A stretch of DNA of 64,000 nucleotides from Cenococcum geophilum (lineage: Eukaryota). Positions within the stretch are counted from its first letter, which is position 1. Every line of letters begins with the position of its first letter. Below are positions 12,487 through 24,635 of this stretch, one piece after another. The notes under the pieces were generated by a model that saw nothing but the letters and a program-made list of their open reading frames with translations, ran no database searches and was not told the origin of the DNA. A program made the position numbers and the translations under genes. Location of the stretch: NCBI GenBank assembly GCA_050273025.1, contig CP158636.1, positions 6,014,001 through 6,078,000 of the forward strand, written 5' to 3'.

Positions 12487-15400
12487 TTACGGTCCTCCTA
12501 TATTTCCGTTGGGACCGATTCCGAATAACATCAACGGCCAGGACGTGTTCGATTGGCCCTGTCCCTGCATAGATGCGCCTTCAACCGATGCCGCGCCGTC
12601 CTGTCCAGGAACTTGTGTGCCGCCATCGCGACCTCCCAGGGACATGAGAGTGTTTGCAGTATTGAGGTATTCCTGCGGACGATGGTAATCCTGAGTAGGG
12701 CCAAGGGGAGTCATCACGGCACGCGTCCACTGGCGCCAAGCATCATTGTGTGATGCGCCATGAGCTGAATAGTGCGAGACTGCATCATTACTAGCAGTGG
12801 GGGCGGCAAACAAATAGCTATCTCCAGTCGGCTGAGGTGCCGCAGCCGATGCAGCCGACGCAATAGCTGTGGCGTGAGCTGCGCTCATATCAGCTTCTCC
12901 AACACCAGGGTAATTGGATTGGTCGAAAGCGTTGGCATTGCTCTGGTAGGAAGGCATTGAGGCTGGCGTGCCGTTACCGTACGAATACTCAGGAGCTGGT
13001 GGCACAGTGGGGTAAGGGTTGCTCGAGGAAGCCATGGAAGGATCGTCTGGAGGTAGGTAGCTCGGCGGTTTGGACTCCGCATCATCCGAGCTTGCGCTGG
13101 GCTCGTTATATTGCGCATGGAAACCATTTGTATTTCCGAAAACGTTGGAAGTAGGGCTGGTTTCTTGCTGGGGTGATTGGTTAAGAGCTGCTCGAGCCAC
13201 TGCTACAGTGGCGGAGGCGGCAGTTTTCTTTACGAAATGATCGCTAATACTCTCAAGAGAGTGTTCCACAATCTTTTGGATTGCGTTCTTCAACTTTAGG
13301 TCGGTGCCTCCTGAAATCAGTGCACGTTTTCTTCAATGAAGAGTGTGAACCAAACTTACCGAGCAACTCGCCACATTCCCCCATAATGTCAAGCCAAAGA
13401 TCCATGTCATTTCTTAGTTTGATCATGTCTGCTGAGGTCATGCTATCCTTTCGTTGTGAGTAAACAAAGAGCGTAGTAAAAATTGCGGCTATATAAACGG
13501 TACAATTAATCCAAGGAATGTCCAAGCTCTTAAACTTGCGCAGTTCGTTGACGTTGCGGAGCATTTTGGAAGACGCATCCAGACAAATATCAAGATTCGA
13601 ATTCATAAACTCTGGACTTGTCGAACGGCATATTGCTGGGTGATGAAGGAGAAGCTGAAATTCCTGGTCCCAGAACTCCAAGTAACGTGCGAAGATGTAA
13701 CTTTCCTGATTGGCACGAAAGCTGCCTGAAAGTTCTGCAGGAAGTTCCTCCCGCCAACGTCGGATGTCTTCTTCTAGCCTTCGGACCGTCTCTTCATATA
13801 TGTGTGGTGGTTGCCTGACGGCATATACTGTGCTATACATTTGGCCAAAAAAGACGGTAATCTTAGCTGCCTGAATTCCAACGTGGAATGAACATTTGTG
13901 AAAATTGCTCAAGTTACCGTCATGGGGTAAACTATCATCAAGCGGCTCTGGAAACTCGACATCCACGTCTTCCATCCTGATGGGCATAGGACGACCGAGC
14001 TTTCCGCTGAGGCCAACATTGAGACTATAGATGGTCCAGAATACTCGTTTCCTCAACTCAACTTCATGCACATCTCTTTTGGGTGCCGTTTCTGCCCAGG
14101 CATTGGCAGATCGATGAAGACCCATTTCAAGAGCGACCGCAAAGGTCATCCATGACATAATCCATGCAGCCCCGGGTTTCGGGAAATTGCGAAGATGTAT
14201 ACAGATCAAGATCATGGCTTGGACATCTTGAAGTGTATGACTAGCAACAAGGTCTTTGAAAAATCTAAGCGAATATCGATAGTGTTTATTGGATTCCTCC
14301 ATCATCGCCTCGTCGTGGTTACGAGCCGATATCTGGTACTTTAGTATTGCGAGCATCATCTGTACTAGAACAACTTCGGCTGAAGACGGCGTGAAACCTT
14401 TCTCATAGTAGATCCGCCATATCTAAGATCGGTCAGTCAGTGACGCAATCTGAGTGAAAAGCGATTTAAAGTGCTACTCACTAGTTCCATGAATGCTGAT
14501 TTATGAACAACAGGTGTGTAAGGGTTAAGTGATCGGAGATACCAAATAGCGTATTCGTTCATCTGCTGAAAATCGGGCAGATGGGCAACTTCAACACTTT
14601 GGTCAAAGTTCATCGCAACATTGAGAAAATGCCCGTATGACATCACGGAGCGAGGATCATCTGAATCTCCTTGTACAAAATCGGTTATATCAATCTCTGC
14701 GCCAAAGACAGAAAGGGAGGTGCCTTTAATGGGACTGAGGAGAGAGTCGGCAGAAACACCGAGATAATTGTCCCCAATACATCCCGTCTTGAAAGCCGGT
14801 AAGGCAGGAAATATGCCGCTGTCCAGGTCATTAGGGGCGGAGGGTGCTCCAACATGACTGTTGTAGGGCGCTAGGGGAGGAGCACTTCCACTGCTTTGGC
14901 TTTGTTCAGCTTCCCACATCTGACCCTCGTTCCCTGCAGAGGTGGGCGTCCATGGAATCCCATGGGGTTGTAGTGTAGCTGGCATATATCCATTGTTATA
15001 CCCAGCTAGTGGCTTGACTTCGACTCCTAGGTCCTTCAATTGTGATTGTAGCTCTGCGACTTGCTGCCGTAGATATGTGTTTTCGGATTCTAGCGCTTCG
15101 GTGTGACCTCTTGTGGTTGCTCGACCGGTAATACGATCGGTTGTCTTGCATGGCGTATTATTTTGAATGCACGGCGAACAGCCTCCTGGCCTACCATCGC
15201 ATCGAATCTTCCGGATCTACATGCGGATCAGCGGGCTTTCATGGTAAAATATGGAGATACGGTAAGACAAGGGGTTCACGGGAATCTTTCAGATTGAGAA
15301 ACCTATCCCAACCATTACGATGAACTGTCGTAGAATGCTTTACGAAGGCATTGCAATTCTGGGTCAGGAGCTGTTTGTTTTGCCGGGCGCCTCTCATGTT

Positions 15401-15585
15401 CTTACCTTACATCTGTCGCAGGCCTGGCCAGTTCGCGTCGACGCAGAGAGCTTCTTTTTCACAGAACTCGAGAAATCAGCCGAAGTATGATGCGATTGAG
15501 CCAATGGTGTTGAGATTGTATTCTCGGTCTTAGGGAGTTTGTTGCCCGTTTGCGCATCATCGTCCGTTGCCCGTTTTGGCGCCAT
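12487..15585 (-). CDS. Zn(II)2Cys6 transcription factor with fungal TF middle-homology domain (FacB/Acu-15/Cat8-like family)
   Basis: Spliced binuclear cluster ACDRCK|IRKIRCDGRPGGCSPCIQNNTPC; ALEMGLHR and ELRKRVFWTIYSL..LGRP motifs; introns about 15405-15217, 14481-14423, 13359-13311. Confidence 0.88.
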
Positions 15586-16161
15586 CCTCGAAGGGAAGGG
15601 GATGGAGAAATCCGCGGGAAATGCCTTCTGGAAATGCCTGCTCGTGCTGCGCGAGCTATAGGAACCCTAGAAGAGTTTAAGAGTACTTTTGGACGATCCA
15701 AACACGCAGAAACAAGAGGGAGGGCATAAAAAGTAGGGAGACCAGCGCAAAGCTAAGAAGAAGAAACCAGTGATCGACTGGAATTGGGCCGTGAAGACGA
15801 CCAGTTTGAGCCACCTTTGGATAAGACTTTCAGTCACGAGTTTTTCAGCTCTTCAATATTTACAACAGCCACATCAGTCCACGGTTTCACGATATCACAT
15901 TTACTTCATTGCTGCCATTTTATTCTTCCAAATCCTTTTCAAGATATTTAATGATTCATCCAAAGTAAAGGCGACGACAGATATCAGCTAACCCCACAGT
16001 CGACCACACCGCCAAGGCACGAGGCCTGCGTGGAGAAGTCGTTGACATCAAAATCAAGACATCATTTGCAGGCCGCACATCAAGCTTCGAAAACATCTAG
16101 GGTCACAGCGCCTTCCCACGTATTGGGTTATCTTAGCATACAGCACGACATTGTCGGAAGG

Positions 16162-16883
16162 ATGTCACCTGTTCAGACTTTTCACCTCCCACATTTCCCT
16201 TCATACCCGATTTACATTTCTCTATTCAAGGATGTAGAGAACGCAAGTTTTCTTCGCCAACAGCTGCTTGAGGCCAATACCGAATTTGAGTATGCATTTC
16301 TGGATGCCACGATGGTATGCGTTCTCCCCGATTCTGCATTTATCTCTCGGTCACGTGCAAGACTTTAATATGCAACTAGATCCTCTCCAGTACACATGCC
16401 CTTGCGGCTGTGTTTCGCGCGTTGAATGATATGCTAAATAGTCGCCTGAAGAGCCGTAATGTGCATTCCGAAGTCGTTTTCTCGCTCAATCCAAACAATA
16501 ACATTGCCGATGCATTCCGCCGATTCGGTATCGTCGACACTACACGTATACTTCTCGCCATCAAAATATCGACTAATCCAAACATAACTGCCGAAAGTGT
16601 TGAGAGGCATCTTTCGAGTTCCATCACTGGCGTGGCTATACCTTTCACAAACGACGTGCTGACTAATATCACGGATTTAGTGAAAGTTAGGAAGACATAC
16701 AAATTAGACGCTAGCAACGTGAATAGCAGTGGCAGTGTTGGAAAGAAAGGGAGGAGGGGTAAACCCGGAGGTAATGAGGATGCTATGATCAATAGTGATG
16801 CAAATAGGTTGGAAACTGGCCTAGATGAAAGGGTAGAAATGGAAAGCGTCATTCTAGGGATAATGGCGCTGAAAGGGTCTTGA
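16162..16883 (+). CDS. CGI121: KEOPS/EKC complex subunit Cgi121
   Basis: [68 protein letters not shown]; intron 16315-16379. Confidence 0.9.
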
Positions 16884-17244
16884 AAGCGCATGCGTCATTC
16901 GCGATAGCTGACGGCTAGAGGCTACAGAATTGCCGCGCATCACGAAGCATCCCGTAAAGTCGGCTGGAGAGGATGCGCATACTTGTGGTGCAAATTGCAC
17001 AGGACTTCGGACCGTGGAGTCAAGGGAAATAATCTAGAAGCGGGATTGGCTACCGAGCAAGCAGCCTGGGGTCGGGGGTTCCGTCGCCACACATTATAAA
17101 GCGTTCTTCCGGGACTGATTCAACAGTCTAAGGCAACAAGTCTTCCACTAGTCCACTATGCTACAAGCCTGCGTTTGAAGAGCAGTTCCAAATATGCTAG
17201 GGAAATGTACAATTGATTCTTGCTCCGATCTTAGATAGTGTCTA

Positions 17245-18210
17245 TCACAATGTTCGATATTCTGGCTTTACGAAGTCGGCAAAGGTTTTCGGTTCTCCTT
17301 CGTAGTTATGTGCGCCATCGGAATCTATATTGAAGTTAGCCCAGAACAGTACTCGTACTCATTGCAGGACGCAGCGGTACGTCAAAACGGAGGTAGACAC
17401 ATACGGTCGTGGTGGTGGTGGGGGTCATCCTGAGGTCCGACATATTCCATCTTAAGAACGTTGCCGCATTCGGGGCAGCGTTCGATTGGTCGGTCGCGGG
17501 ACATCTGTAAGACATCATATCAGTGTGTACCAAAAGAAGATACAGAACAAAGGCACTATACCGCGAGCCAGTGAACGACGTGTGAATCAGCCGGATAGCC
17601 GGTGCAGCCAGCGTACTGTTCATCGCCGAAAGACTTTACGACGATTGGGTTATCAAGAGTGCCTAAATAAATACAGAGGCGATTAGTCAGTTATTCTCAA
17701 GTCCGAAGAATCTATTGCTAGCAGTTCCTCTCTCAACTATCCATCTTCCATGGCCCGTATTCAGAGCCGGTTAAAACTTACCTTTCCTCGACGCATCCAA
17801 AGGCTTCATATCAAATACATCAATTCCCTGCATCTTGCCCAAAATTTCAAAACGCTCTAAACCCGTAGCCTGTTCGACATCAGTGGGGACAGTGCCTGGT
17901 GTAGCTCCTGGTGGGATGAGATCCTCTTCAGATTTGATATCTATATAACCGCGAGTGGAATTAGCAATTGAGCCTAAAACATGGGTATTGAAATTCCACC
18001 GACTCACCTTCGAATTTCTTCATCTGCTTGCTGGTTTCTACAGCGACCTTGGCGTCCCCTACAGCAAACAGATTAGCGGGTATGCAATGGCTGGTGGTTC
18101 GGCTGTTCCTGAAGCTTACGGCGAACGAAAGACGAGGCGAAGGTGCGCTTGACAATGGGTCTGATAGCACTGCGCCGTGCTACAGCTACTGCAGAGCGTT
18201 GGAGGAACAT
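17245..18210 (-). CDS. COX4: Cytochrome c oxidase subunit 4 (Vb family), mitochondrial
   Basis: Arg/Ser-rich presequence MFLQRSAVAVARR; GTVPTDVEQATGLERFEILGK; zinc ligands GCTGYPADSH..ERCPECG; about 6 exons with GT-AG introns. Confidence 0.92.
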
Positions 18211-18965
18211 TGGAGAGTGGAGAGGTACGTTGTAGAGCTCAGTTTGCAAAGTGAGGTTTGTCCCCGAGTTGACTGCGAATTGAATTATCTAAGTCGCGGA
18301 AACTACCGAAGTCTTGGCATTTTCAACTTCAATCACTCCAACACCGCTCATAGCACGTACTCAGCAGTAGAGTACAATTGGGCGCTATCGATTACTATAT
18401 TTTCGCCCCAATTTTCGCCCCAGATGTCTGTAAGGAGGGGGCGACAGCGACTGACGCTACGATGGCCAGCATCTTGCGCGAAACGCAGCCCCGAGTGCCC
18501 TAACTACACTAGCCATCCTACGAGGAAGCATCAAGGAGGAGAATTCCTCATCCAAGATTGATTCGTATCTACTTCATAACGGCCTTCAGTATAGCGAGCT
18601 TAGATGGAATGCCTCAGCCATCCCGTACTTGAGTCTTACAAAGAGCATGACAAAGCGAAAATGTATTTAAGCTCACCCTTCTGCCCCTGAGCCCAACTCT
18701 ACGCACCTACCGACTAACTTACTACTATATTAGGGTTAACTACCTTTAATATGCACGTGCCATATATTGACACTGGAGGTCCACAGCGCTCCTAGCGTCA
18801 AATCGTCTTTTTTTGGTGGATAGAGTGGATTTACCCTCGGATCCACGTCAGTCCAGTCCCGAATAGATCACTGACTCTATTCGTTCCCACGCGCATACAT
18901 CATTCTACGTAACAGCGACCCCCAACATTTTCATATACACCATAACTCGCTCGCTAAAGGCAAAA

Positions 18966-21900
18966 TTAAATGGCTGTGGCGCAAACACCCTTGATACCAA
19001 CTCTATCCGTCGTCTCCATCCCTACAACATTCATAATAACCCCCTCCCTTCTTACCTCCACAGCTTCAACCATCTTCCCCCTTGCTGGCATTATCTCCTC
19101 AGCTGCAATAACCGTTTCAACCCCCGCGGGAACCGCCTCTTCCGGTCCCCACGGCAGCGCGTCAATGTCAATCTCCCAATTGAGCAAACTCTTAATGATA
19201 ACCTCAGCACCAGCCTTACTCATAACCTGATTCGCCTCTTTACAGCTTTCGCTACAACAGCATTCCAGACAACCCTCCAGACAGTGGCACGCCGCCATTC
19301 TTTGGCACGCTTGCTTAAGCAACATATCGATGAACTCAAACGCCTTGGTACTAATCCCCGAGCCTCCCGCCCCGCCTTTCGCGTCGTAAAAGGTCAAGCG
19401 CGCGGGGCGCTTCCGTGAGGTTTCCTTGGTTGCGAATTCCTTTTTGGCGTTTTTGCATTCTGTGCGCACGTCCCCGGGCATGCTTATGACAAAATTTGGC
19501 ATCAGGCTTAGAATGGCGTGTTCAGCTGCATGGATCGCGCCGGCGACATTCAGCCTCCGCGAGTTTAGGATGTCGAGCGCCGACTTGGGAACGTCGAGCC
19601 ACATGCCTTTGCTGAAGAGAATAATTGGCGGGTTGTCGACTTGAACAGCATCTAAAATGCGGCCCTTCTTGTCGACTTTAAAGAAGCCGAAAACGACTTG
19701 TTTAATCTTGATCGGGCCGAAAAAGGCGCGGGACAGGGAGCCTGGGATGCGCCGGATGGCTTCGGTTTCGATGGGGTCGATGTCGGTGAAATCGCGCTGC
19801 TGGGTCGTCCAGTCGACCTTTACGTACTCGACTTTCGCGATCATGCGGTCCTGAGAGAACTCTTTGACTAGGTAGGTGTTACCTTGATGCAAGAAGATTC
19901 CTCCTTCGTATATGGTAAAGAAGGCTCGGGAGCCTTCAAGCTCTTCGAGAACGACGTTACGTCCATTAGTAACGTCGATAATGGCGAAGTGAGCATCTTC
20001 AGTGTCGCGAATGGCCACGAAGCGGGAGGGATATGGTAGGAAACGCTCGTTGCAGTGATAGAATCCTTGCGAATCTTTACGCATACGCTCGGCGGCAATT
20101 TGAGGCAGTAGAGCTCCTAAGTATAGAGAGTCTGCTTCCGGACGGACGGGCATTTCGTGGGCGGCGCATTGAATATGGCCTTCTAGTACTAGCATGTTCT
20201 CAAGATCGACCTGGAGTTCGCAGTTGGGCTTGGTGAAGATCTCGTCGGGATTTGCCATGTAATACTGATCTGTAGGGAAACTGTCTCCAACGAGAACGGA
20301 CAATGAATCCTTGTTTCGTCTGCCTGCTCTGCCACTTTGCTGTCGGAGGTTTGCGATCGTGTAAGGGAATCCAACAGTGATAACAGCATCCAGAGAACCA
20401 ATATCGACACCAAGTTCTAGAGCATTAGTAGCCACGATACCGACGAGCTTCCCGTCGAACATCTCTTTTTCAATCTGTCTTCGGTCTTGCGGTGTGTATC
20501 CGCCGCGGTATGACATGACCCTCGCAATTACTTCAGGCCGCTCCAAATTTGTTAGTTCGGTTTTGACGGCCGCAAGAAGCGCTTCACACTGTTTCCTGAT
20601 ACGGCAGAACGCAATGACTCTTACGCCCCGAAGGATAAGTTGACAGAAAAGCTTTGCAGATTCTTCCACGCTGTTTCCTCTCCCCGAAGTGGGATCTGCC
20701 GGGTCTTTGAATGGCGTGTTCCAGCAAAGGAATTCTTTTCGTCCAGAAGGAGAGCCATCGAAATCTGTCAATTTCACCTGCTCAACTCCAAAGATTGTCT
20801 TCATATGTTCTTCTGGGTTTGCGACTGTTGCAGAGCAGGATATGAACTTAACGTGGCGGTTTCCTACTGCTGCACATATCCTTCGCAGTCTTCTCATGAT
20901 GAAAGAAACATGTGAGCCGAACAAGCCGTTGTATACATGCAATTCATCTACCACAACAAGCTTCAGATTCTGGAGAAATGTCCTCCACGCTTCTTCTTGT
21001 GGAAGGATGGTTATGTGAAGCATATCCGGATTGGTGAAAATGATTCTTCCCTCATCTCTGATGTAATTTCGTTCCGGTATGGGAGTGTCTCCGTCAAACG
21101 TCTCAACTACGAGATCTTGCAGCCCATCCATGAAGCTGAGGAGCTCTTTCAAGCTTCGGCGCTGGTCCTGAGCCAATGCCTTTGTTGGAAAAATATACAT
21201 AGCTCGAGTATTGCGATTCTTTTCCAGTTCATGAAGGACGGGTATCTGGTATATCAAAGATTTTCCAGAGCTCGTGGAAGTCGATACAATGACATTGTGA
21301 CCCGAGTAGAGGTTGTTGATTGCTTCAGCTTGATGTGCGTATAAGTAAGTGATGCCACGAGCGTTGTACAACGCGTCTACCATGCTTTGGGAGAGTTGGA
21401 AATTGAGTTCACCATATATGGGAAGCTGCGGATCAAAGACGCGGTGTCCATCCGGAACAATTTGACCGGTATACCACTCAAGAGTCTTTATATCAGCGAT
21501 GATTTCCGGAATGGTTTTTCGCTCCTTGGGTATCGATGCTGGTAAACCGGCACGCATGTCGGGACCTGGCGTCGTATGCCTGCCCTCTAAGGGCTCAGGA
21601 ATGAATGCGATGTGCTCTTCGTGGATTCTTTCCACTGGATCGACATTCTTTGCTACACAATGATTGAGAAAGGCATTTACAGCTGATGTGAATTTGTTAT
21701 TCCTCTTTTCAATCAATTTCATCATCTGCTTCTGGCTATACACCGGCATTTTTAAGTCTTCTTGTCTCAATTTTTGCGCAGCCTTAGTAGGCTCTCCGGT
21801 CTTAGCATGCTGAACCTGTCGCTTGAGATCGCCATCGATGAACTCGAATAAAAGCACTTCTTTATTCTCATCTTTACCATCGTTCGTAGTCTCTGCTATG

Positions 21901-22445
21901 ACGAATTCCTTTGCCTTCCTCCCATTAACGTTATCTTCTAAACCCATCAAATTGGCCTGTAACATAGCCTCGTCTACATAGACGAAGTTTATAGTCCTCG
22001 GGACCAACACCTTGATCTGCGCGACATCTTCTACAAGCAACTCCCGTTTTATGTGTCCCTTTACGGTCGCTTTGATGTTATCGAATGTTGTCGCTAAATG
22101 TTTACGTGTGCAGCAAAACGTGTAAACCAAGTTTAGCGCCCGATGAGTTTGTGCGAGCTTGGTGAAATGCTCTGGCCATGGTATCGAGGTCTCAACAGTG
22201 GAGAAGTTATGGCGTAGTAGTGCGGGATTCGATTTATCGGGTTTCACTTTTGGAGTACGACGAGATTTCTTGCCGCCATCGTGAGTCTTCGTCGGGATAG
22301 TAGTCGTTGTGGAGCCGGGGGTCAGGCCTCCAGCAAAGCGTTCCTCCGGAGGCGGTGTCGCTTCTACCTGACGCCCTTCATGATTCTTCCTCTTCCTTTT
22401 CCTTACTACCTGATTCGAGACTGTCGCGGTTTGCAGTCTAGCCAT
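18966..22445 (-). CDS. HRQ1: RecQ4-like DEAH-box helicase Hrq1 with C-terminal DUF1998
   Basis: Single long ORF: STSTSSGKS (Walker A), PTKALAQDQ, VVDELH, SAT, ATNALELGVDIG, QQSGRAGRR, HAAEHA, YDAKGGAGGSG and C-x-C-x2-GC-x2-C. Start placed at MARLQ; the ORF extends to 22565. Confidence 0.9.
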   Translation of the reverse strand: MARLQTATVSNQVVRKRKRKNHEGRQVEATPPPEERFAGGLTPGSTTTTIPTKTHDGGKKSRRTPKVKPDKSNPALLRHNFSTVETSIPWPEHFTKLAQTHRALNLVYTFCCTRKHLATTFDNIKATVKGHIKRELLVEDVAQIKVLVPRTINFVYVDEAMLQANLMGLEDNVNGRKAKEFVIAETTNDGKDENKEVLLFEFIDGDLKRQVQHAKTGEPTKAAQKLRQEDLKMPVYSQKQMMKLIEKRNNKFTSAVNAFLNHCVAKNVDPVERIHEEHIAFIPEPLEGRHTTPGPDMRAGLPASIPKERKTIPEIIADIKTLEWYTGQIVPDGHRVFDPQLPIYGELNFQLSQSMVDALYNARGITYLYAHQAEAINNLYSGHNVIVSTSTSSGKSLIYQIPVLHELEKNRNTRAMYIFPTKALAQDQRRSLKELLSFMDGLQDLVVETFDGDTPIPERNYIRDEGRIIFTNPDMLHITILPQEEAWRTFLQNLKLVVVDELHVYNGLFGSHVSFIMRRLRRICAAVGNRHVKFISCSATVANPEEHMKTIFGVEQVKLTDFDGSPSGRKEFLCWNTPFKDPADPTSGRGNSVEESAKLFCQLILRGVRVIAFCRIRKQCEALLAAVKTELTNLERPEVIARVMSYRGGYTPQDRRQIEKEMFDGKLVGIVATNALELGVDIGSLDAVITVGFPYTIANLRQQSGRAGRRNKDSLSVLVGDSFPTDQYYMANPDEIFTKPNCELQVDLENMLVLEGHIQCAAHEMPVRPEADSLYLGALLPQIAAERMRKDSQGFYHCNERFLPYPSRFVAIRDTEDAHFAIIDVTNGRNVVLEELEGSRAFFTIYEGGIFLHQGNTYLVKEFSQDRMIAKVEYVKVDWTTQQRDFTDIDPIETEAIRRIPGSLSRAFFGPIKIKQVVFGFFKVDKKGRILDAVQVDNPPIILFSKGMWLDVPKSALDILNSRRLNVAGAIHAAEHAILSLMPNFVISMPGDVRTECKNAKKEFATKETSRKRPARLTFYDAKGGAGGSGISTKAFEFIDMLLKQACQRMAACHCLEGCLECCCSESCKEANQVMSKAGAEVIIKSLLNWEIDIDALPWGPEEAVPAGVETVIAAEEIMPARGKMVEAVEVRREGVIMNVVGMETTDRVGIKGVCATAI

Positions 22446-23411
22446 CGTTCGCGCATTGTGCTGTTGAGGTTGGAGGCGAGGGTTCAACGACGCCAAGGTT
22501 CTTAAAACAGCGGGATCAATCGATGCCTCCAGTTTCATGTGTGCGAGCTTTCCAAGTATCATCATCTTCGTATGAGATCACGGGAAGTTTAGTTCGTAAA
22601 GCATAATGTATATATCCATTCAACATTAAGGTTGCTTCCTTCAAAATGGCATTTCCATGGCAATGGCGCGCTGTCACGCGACTGCGTGTCACCACCATCC
22701 CTTGATACGTTACAAACATGTCGTTGCCTCGAAATCTCACTGGACGGTTACTTTGGTCACTATGGACAACGAATATTTGGGCCTAGGCCATAGAAATATT
22801 CTTCTCATCTCCGCTCTTTTAAATCAACCTTCCGTCCCTTACTCATCTGACTTATCTCATAAATCAGACCCCTGGTAGACCGTTGGTAGGTGATCCCGTG
22901 ATTCCCCATGTGACCTCGCTTAGCCCTCGTCCCGTTCGTCCGTCTCTCTAAGTAGCCGTACTACTACTAATATAAGGCCCGTAACAATAGGAACTTAAAA
23001 AGCTTTAAAGTCAACAACGTTAAATTAAGAGCCTTACTTTATTAAGACCCAACTGTAATCGGCCGTTAGCCCATATTGAATTTGTTAATATTGAGGTTAA
23101 CGACCCTTGGAGCTGACTCCTTAATTAGGCCTAGATCGTGGCTATGCACCGCAAAACAGCGTCAATATCGGGCGTTAATCTCTAGCAGACCCTATTTTAT
23201 TTTATTTCGACAACTAGGTCTCTATATTATCTATTTCGTCTGGCCAAACCCGTTTTAGTTGCTGCAGTCTTTGAGTATGTGTGCGTAGCTGCTCTCATGC
23301 ACACCTTCTCCTCTGCGGTTTCACTTTTGGCTGGGCTGTTACTGTATTCACCATTAATCGGCCGCTTACTCTTCGCGCGCCTCACCTACGAGTTTGTAGA
23401 TCATTTGTATA

Positions 23412-23872
23412 GGTCGATGATAATCATACACCCCTAAATGATACGCATATACCCCCTAATTAATATACGTACACCTCCCTAAAATAAGCCTAGATCCTTC
23501 TACTTTAGGTTTAAAAATTGCGTGAATTTAGCCTTATAGCTAGTTCTATAAAATATAAATCACATTAATACTTCAACTCGTCGTGAGCTATCGGCATTTA
23601 AGTAAAATACCGCACACATTAGGCGCTGGCGTGGGCGTAGGCGCTAGTTATACCTGCCGAGGCAGTTTGCAGGAGTTAAGTAAAAGTAGCAGCACCTAAA
23701 TTAGCTTGCGCAGTGCCTTTTGGGCCCCTACGTAATCTAATTAGTTAACTTAGAAGTAGGTAGTAAGAATAGTGGTGAAAATGGCGACGTGCTAAACTGA
23801 ACGGGAATAATCTAAGCCTGTTTGGGTGGGGGTGTATGCGTATCATTTAGGGGTGTATAATTATTATCGACC
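23412..23872. mobile_element. MITE, 461 bp, about 45-bp TIRs starting GG, 8-bp TSD
   Basis: Left TIR GGTCGATGATAATCATACACCCCTAAATGATACGCATATACCCCC matches the reverse complement of the right end apart from transitions; TTTGTATA at 23404-23411 and 23873-23880. Confidence 0.9.
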
Positions 23873-24635
23873 TTTGTATAATCTGTTTTGATAAGCCAAA
23901 TTAGGCCCTTGTTCAGTATTTTTAAGACTACTGATTAGAGTGATTGCTGTAGATAATGACTTTGCCTTGGTCGGGGCAACGGCTATTTCGAAAGGATTTG
24001 TGAGATCGGCGCAGGGTGTTCATGTGAGTCAATCCTAGTAAACATGAGAGGGACATATGCACGATAAAGAGGGTATTGCTAACAGAAATAAAGTGTCCTC
24101 TACATGTTTGACATATGACAGCAGCTAGGGGCTTCTTTCCACCGCCAGATGCAAAAAACGGGTATATCTTTTCCACTGTTAGCCTTTAGTTTAGCGGTAC
24201 GAATGCGGTATTGTGGCTTTGAACATATAATGATCAATGAATCTTGTACTTATCTGGAAATGCTTCTTCCGCCCAATGCTTAGCAGCCATCTTGTCCTTA
24301 GCTAACTCTTATTTTAAACCGTCTAAAGTTACTTACGTGGAATACCCACTATGGTATGGAAACACCGTAATCTGGGATCTTCAGTAATACACTGTCAGGC
24401 CGTACGAATCAATGCGAGGACTGAAAATGACGGATGCTGCAATTGACCTATGTAAAACATTTATTTTGACCTCAGACGGAGGTGCAGGGTATCCAAATAA
24501 CGCTTTCTACTCCATCTCCTGAGAACTAAGACTCTTGCGACTGTCTAGACCAACAACGCCGAATCCGCATTATACTCAAAAATAACCTTATCTTTATTGA
24601 CTTAAACATAAGTCCCTCCCGTAAATCACGCCACG

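Noticed and set aside
18540..18900. Possible snoRNA or ncRNA between COX4 and HRQ1 (small hairpins, CTGA)
   Set aside because: No canonical box C and no recognisable rRNA guide; needs an Infernal search.
22874..23256. TpA-rich patch upstream of HRQ1 as another TE
   Set aside because: RIP-like composition, but no TIR, LTR or TSD could be delimited.
23928..24450. Decayed minus-strand gene remnant with an intron-like GTAAGT..AAG
   Set aside because: Frames are broken and no protein family was recognisable.
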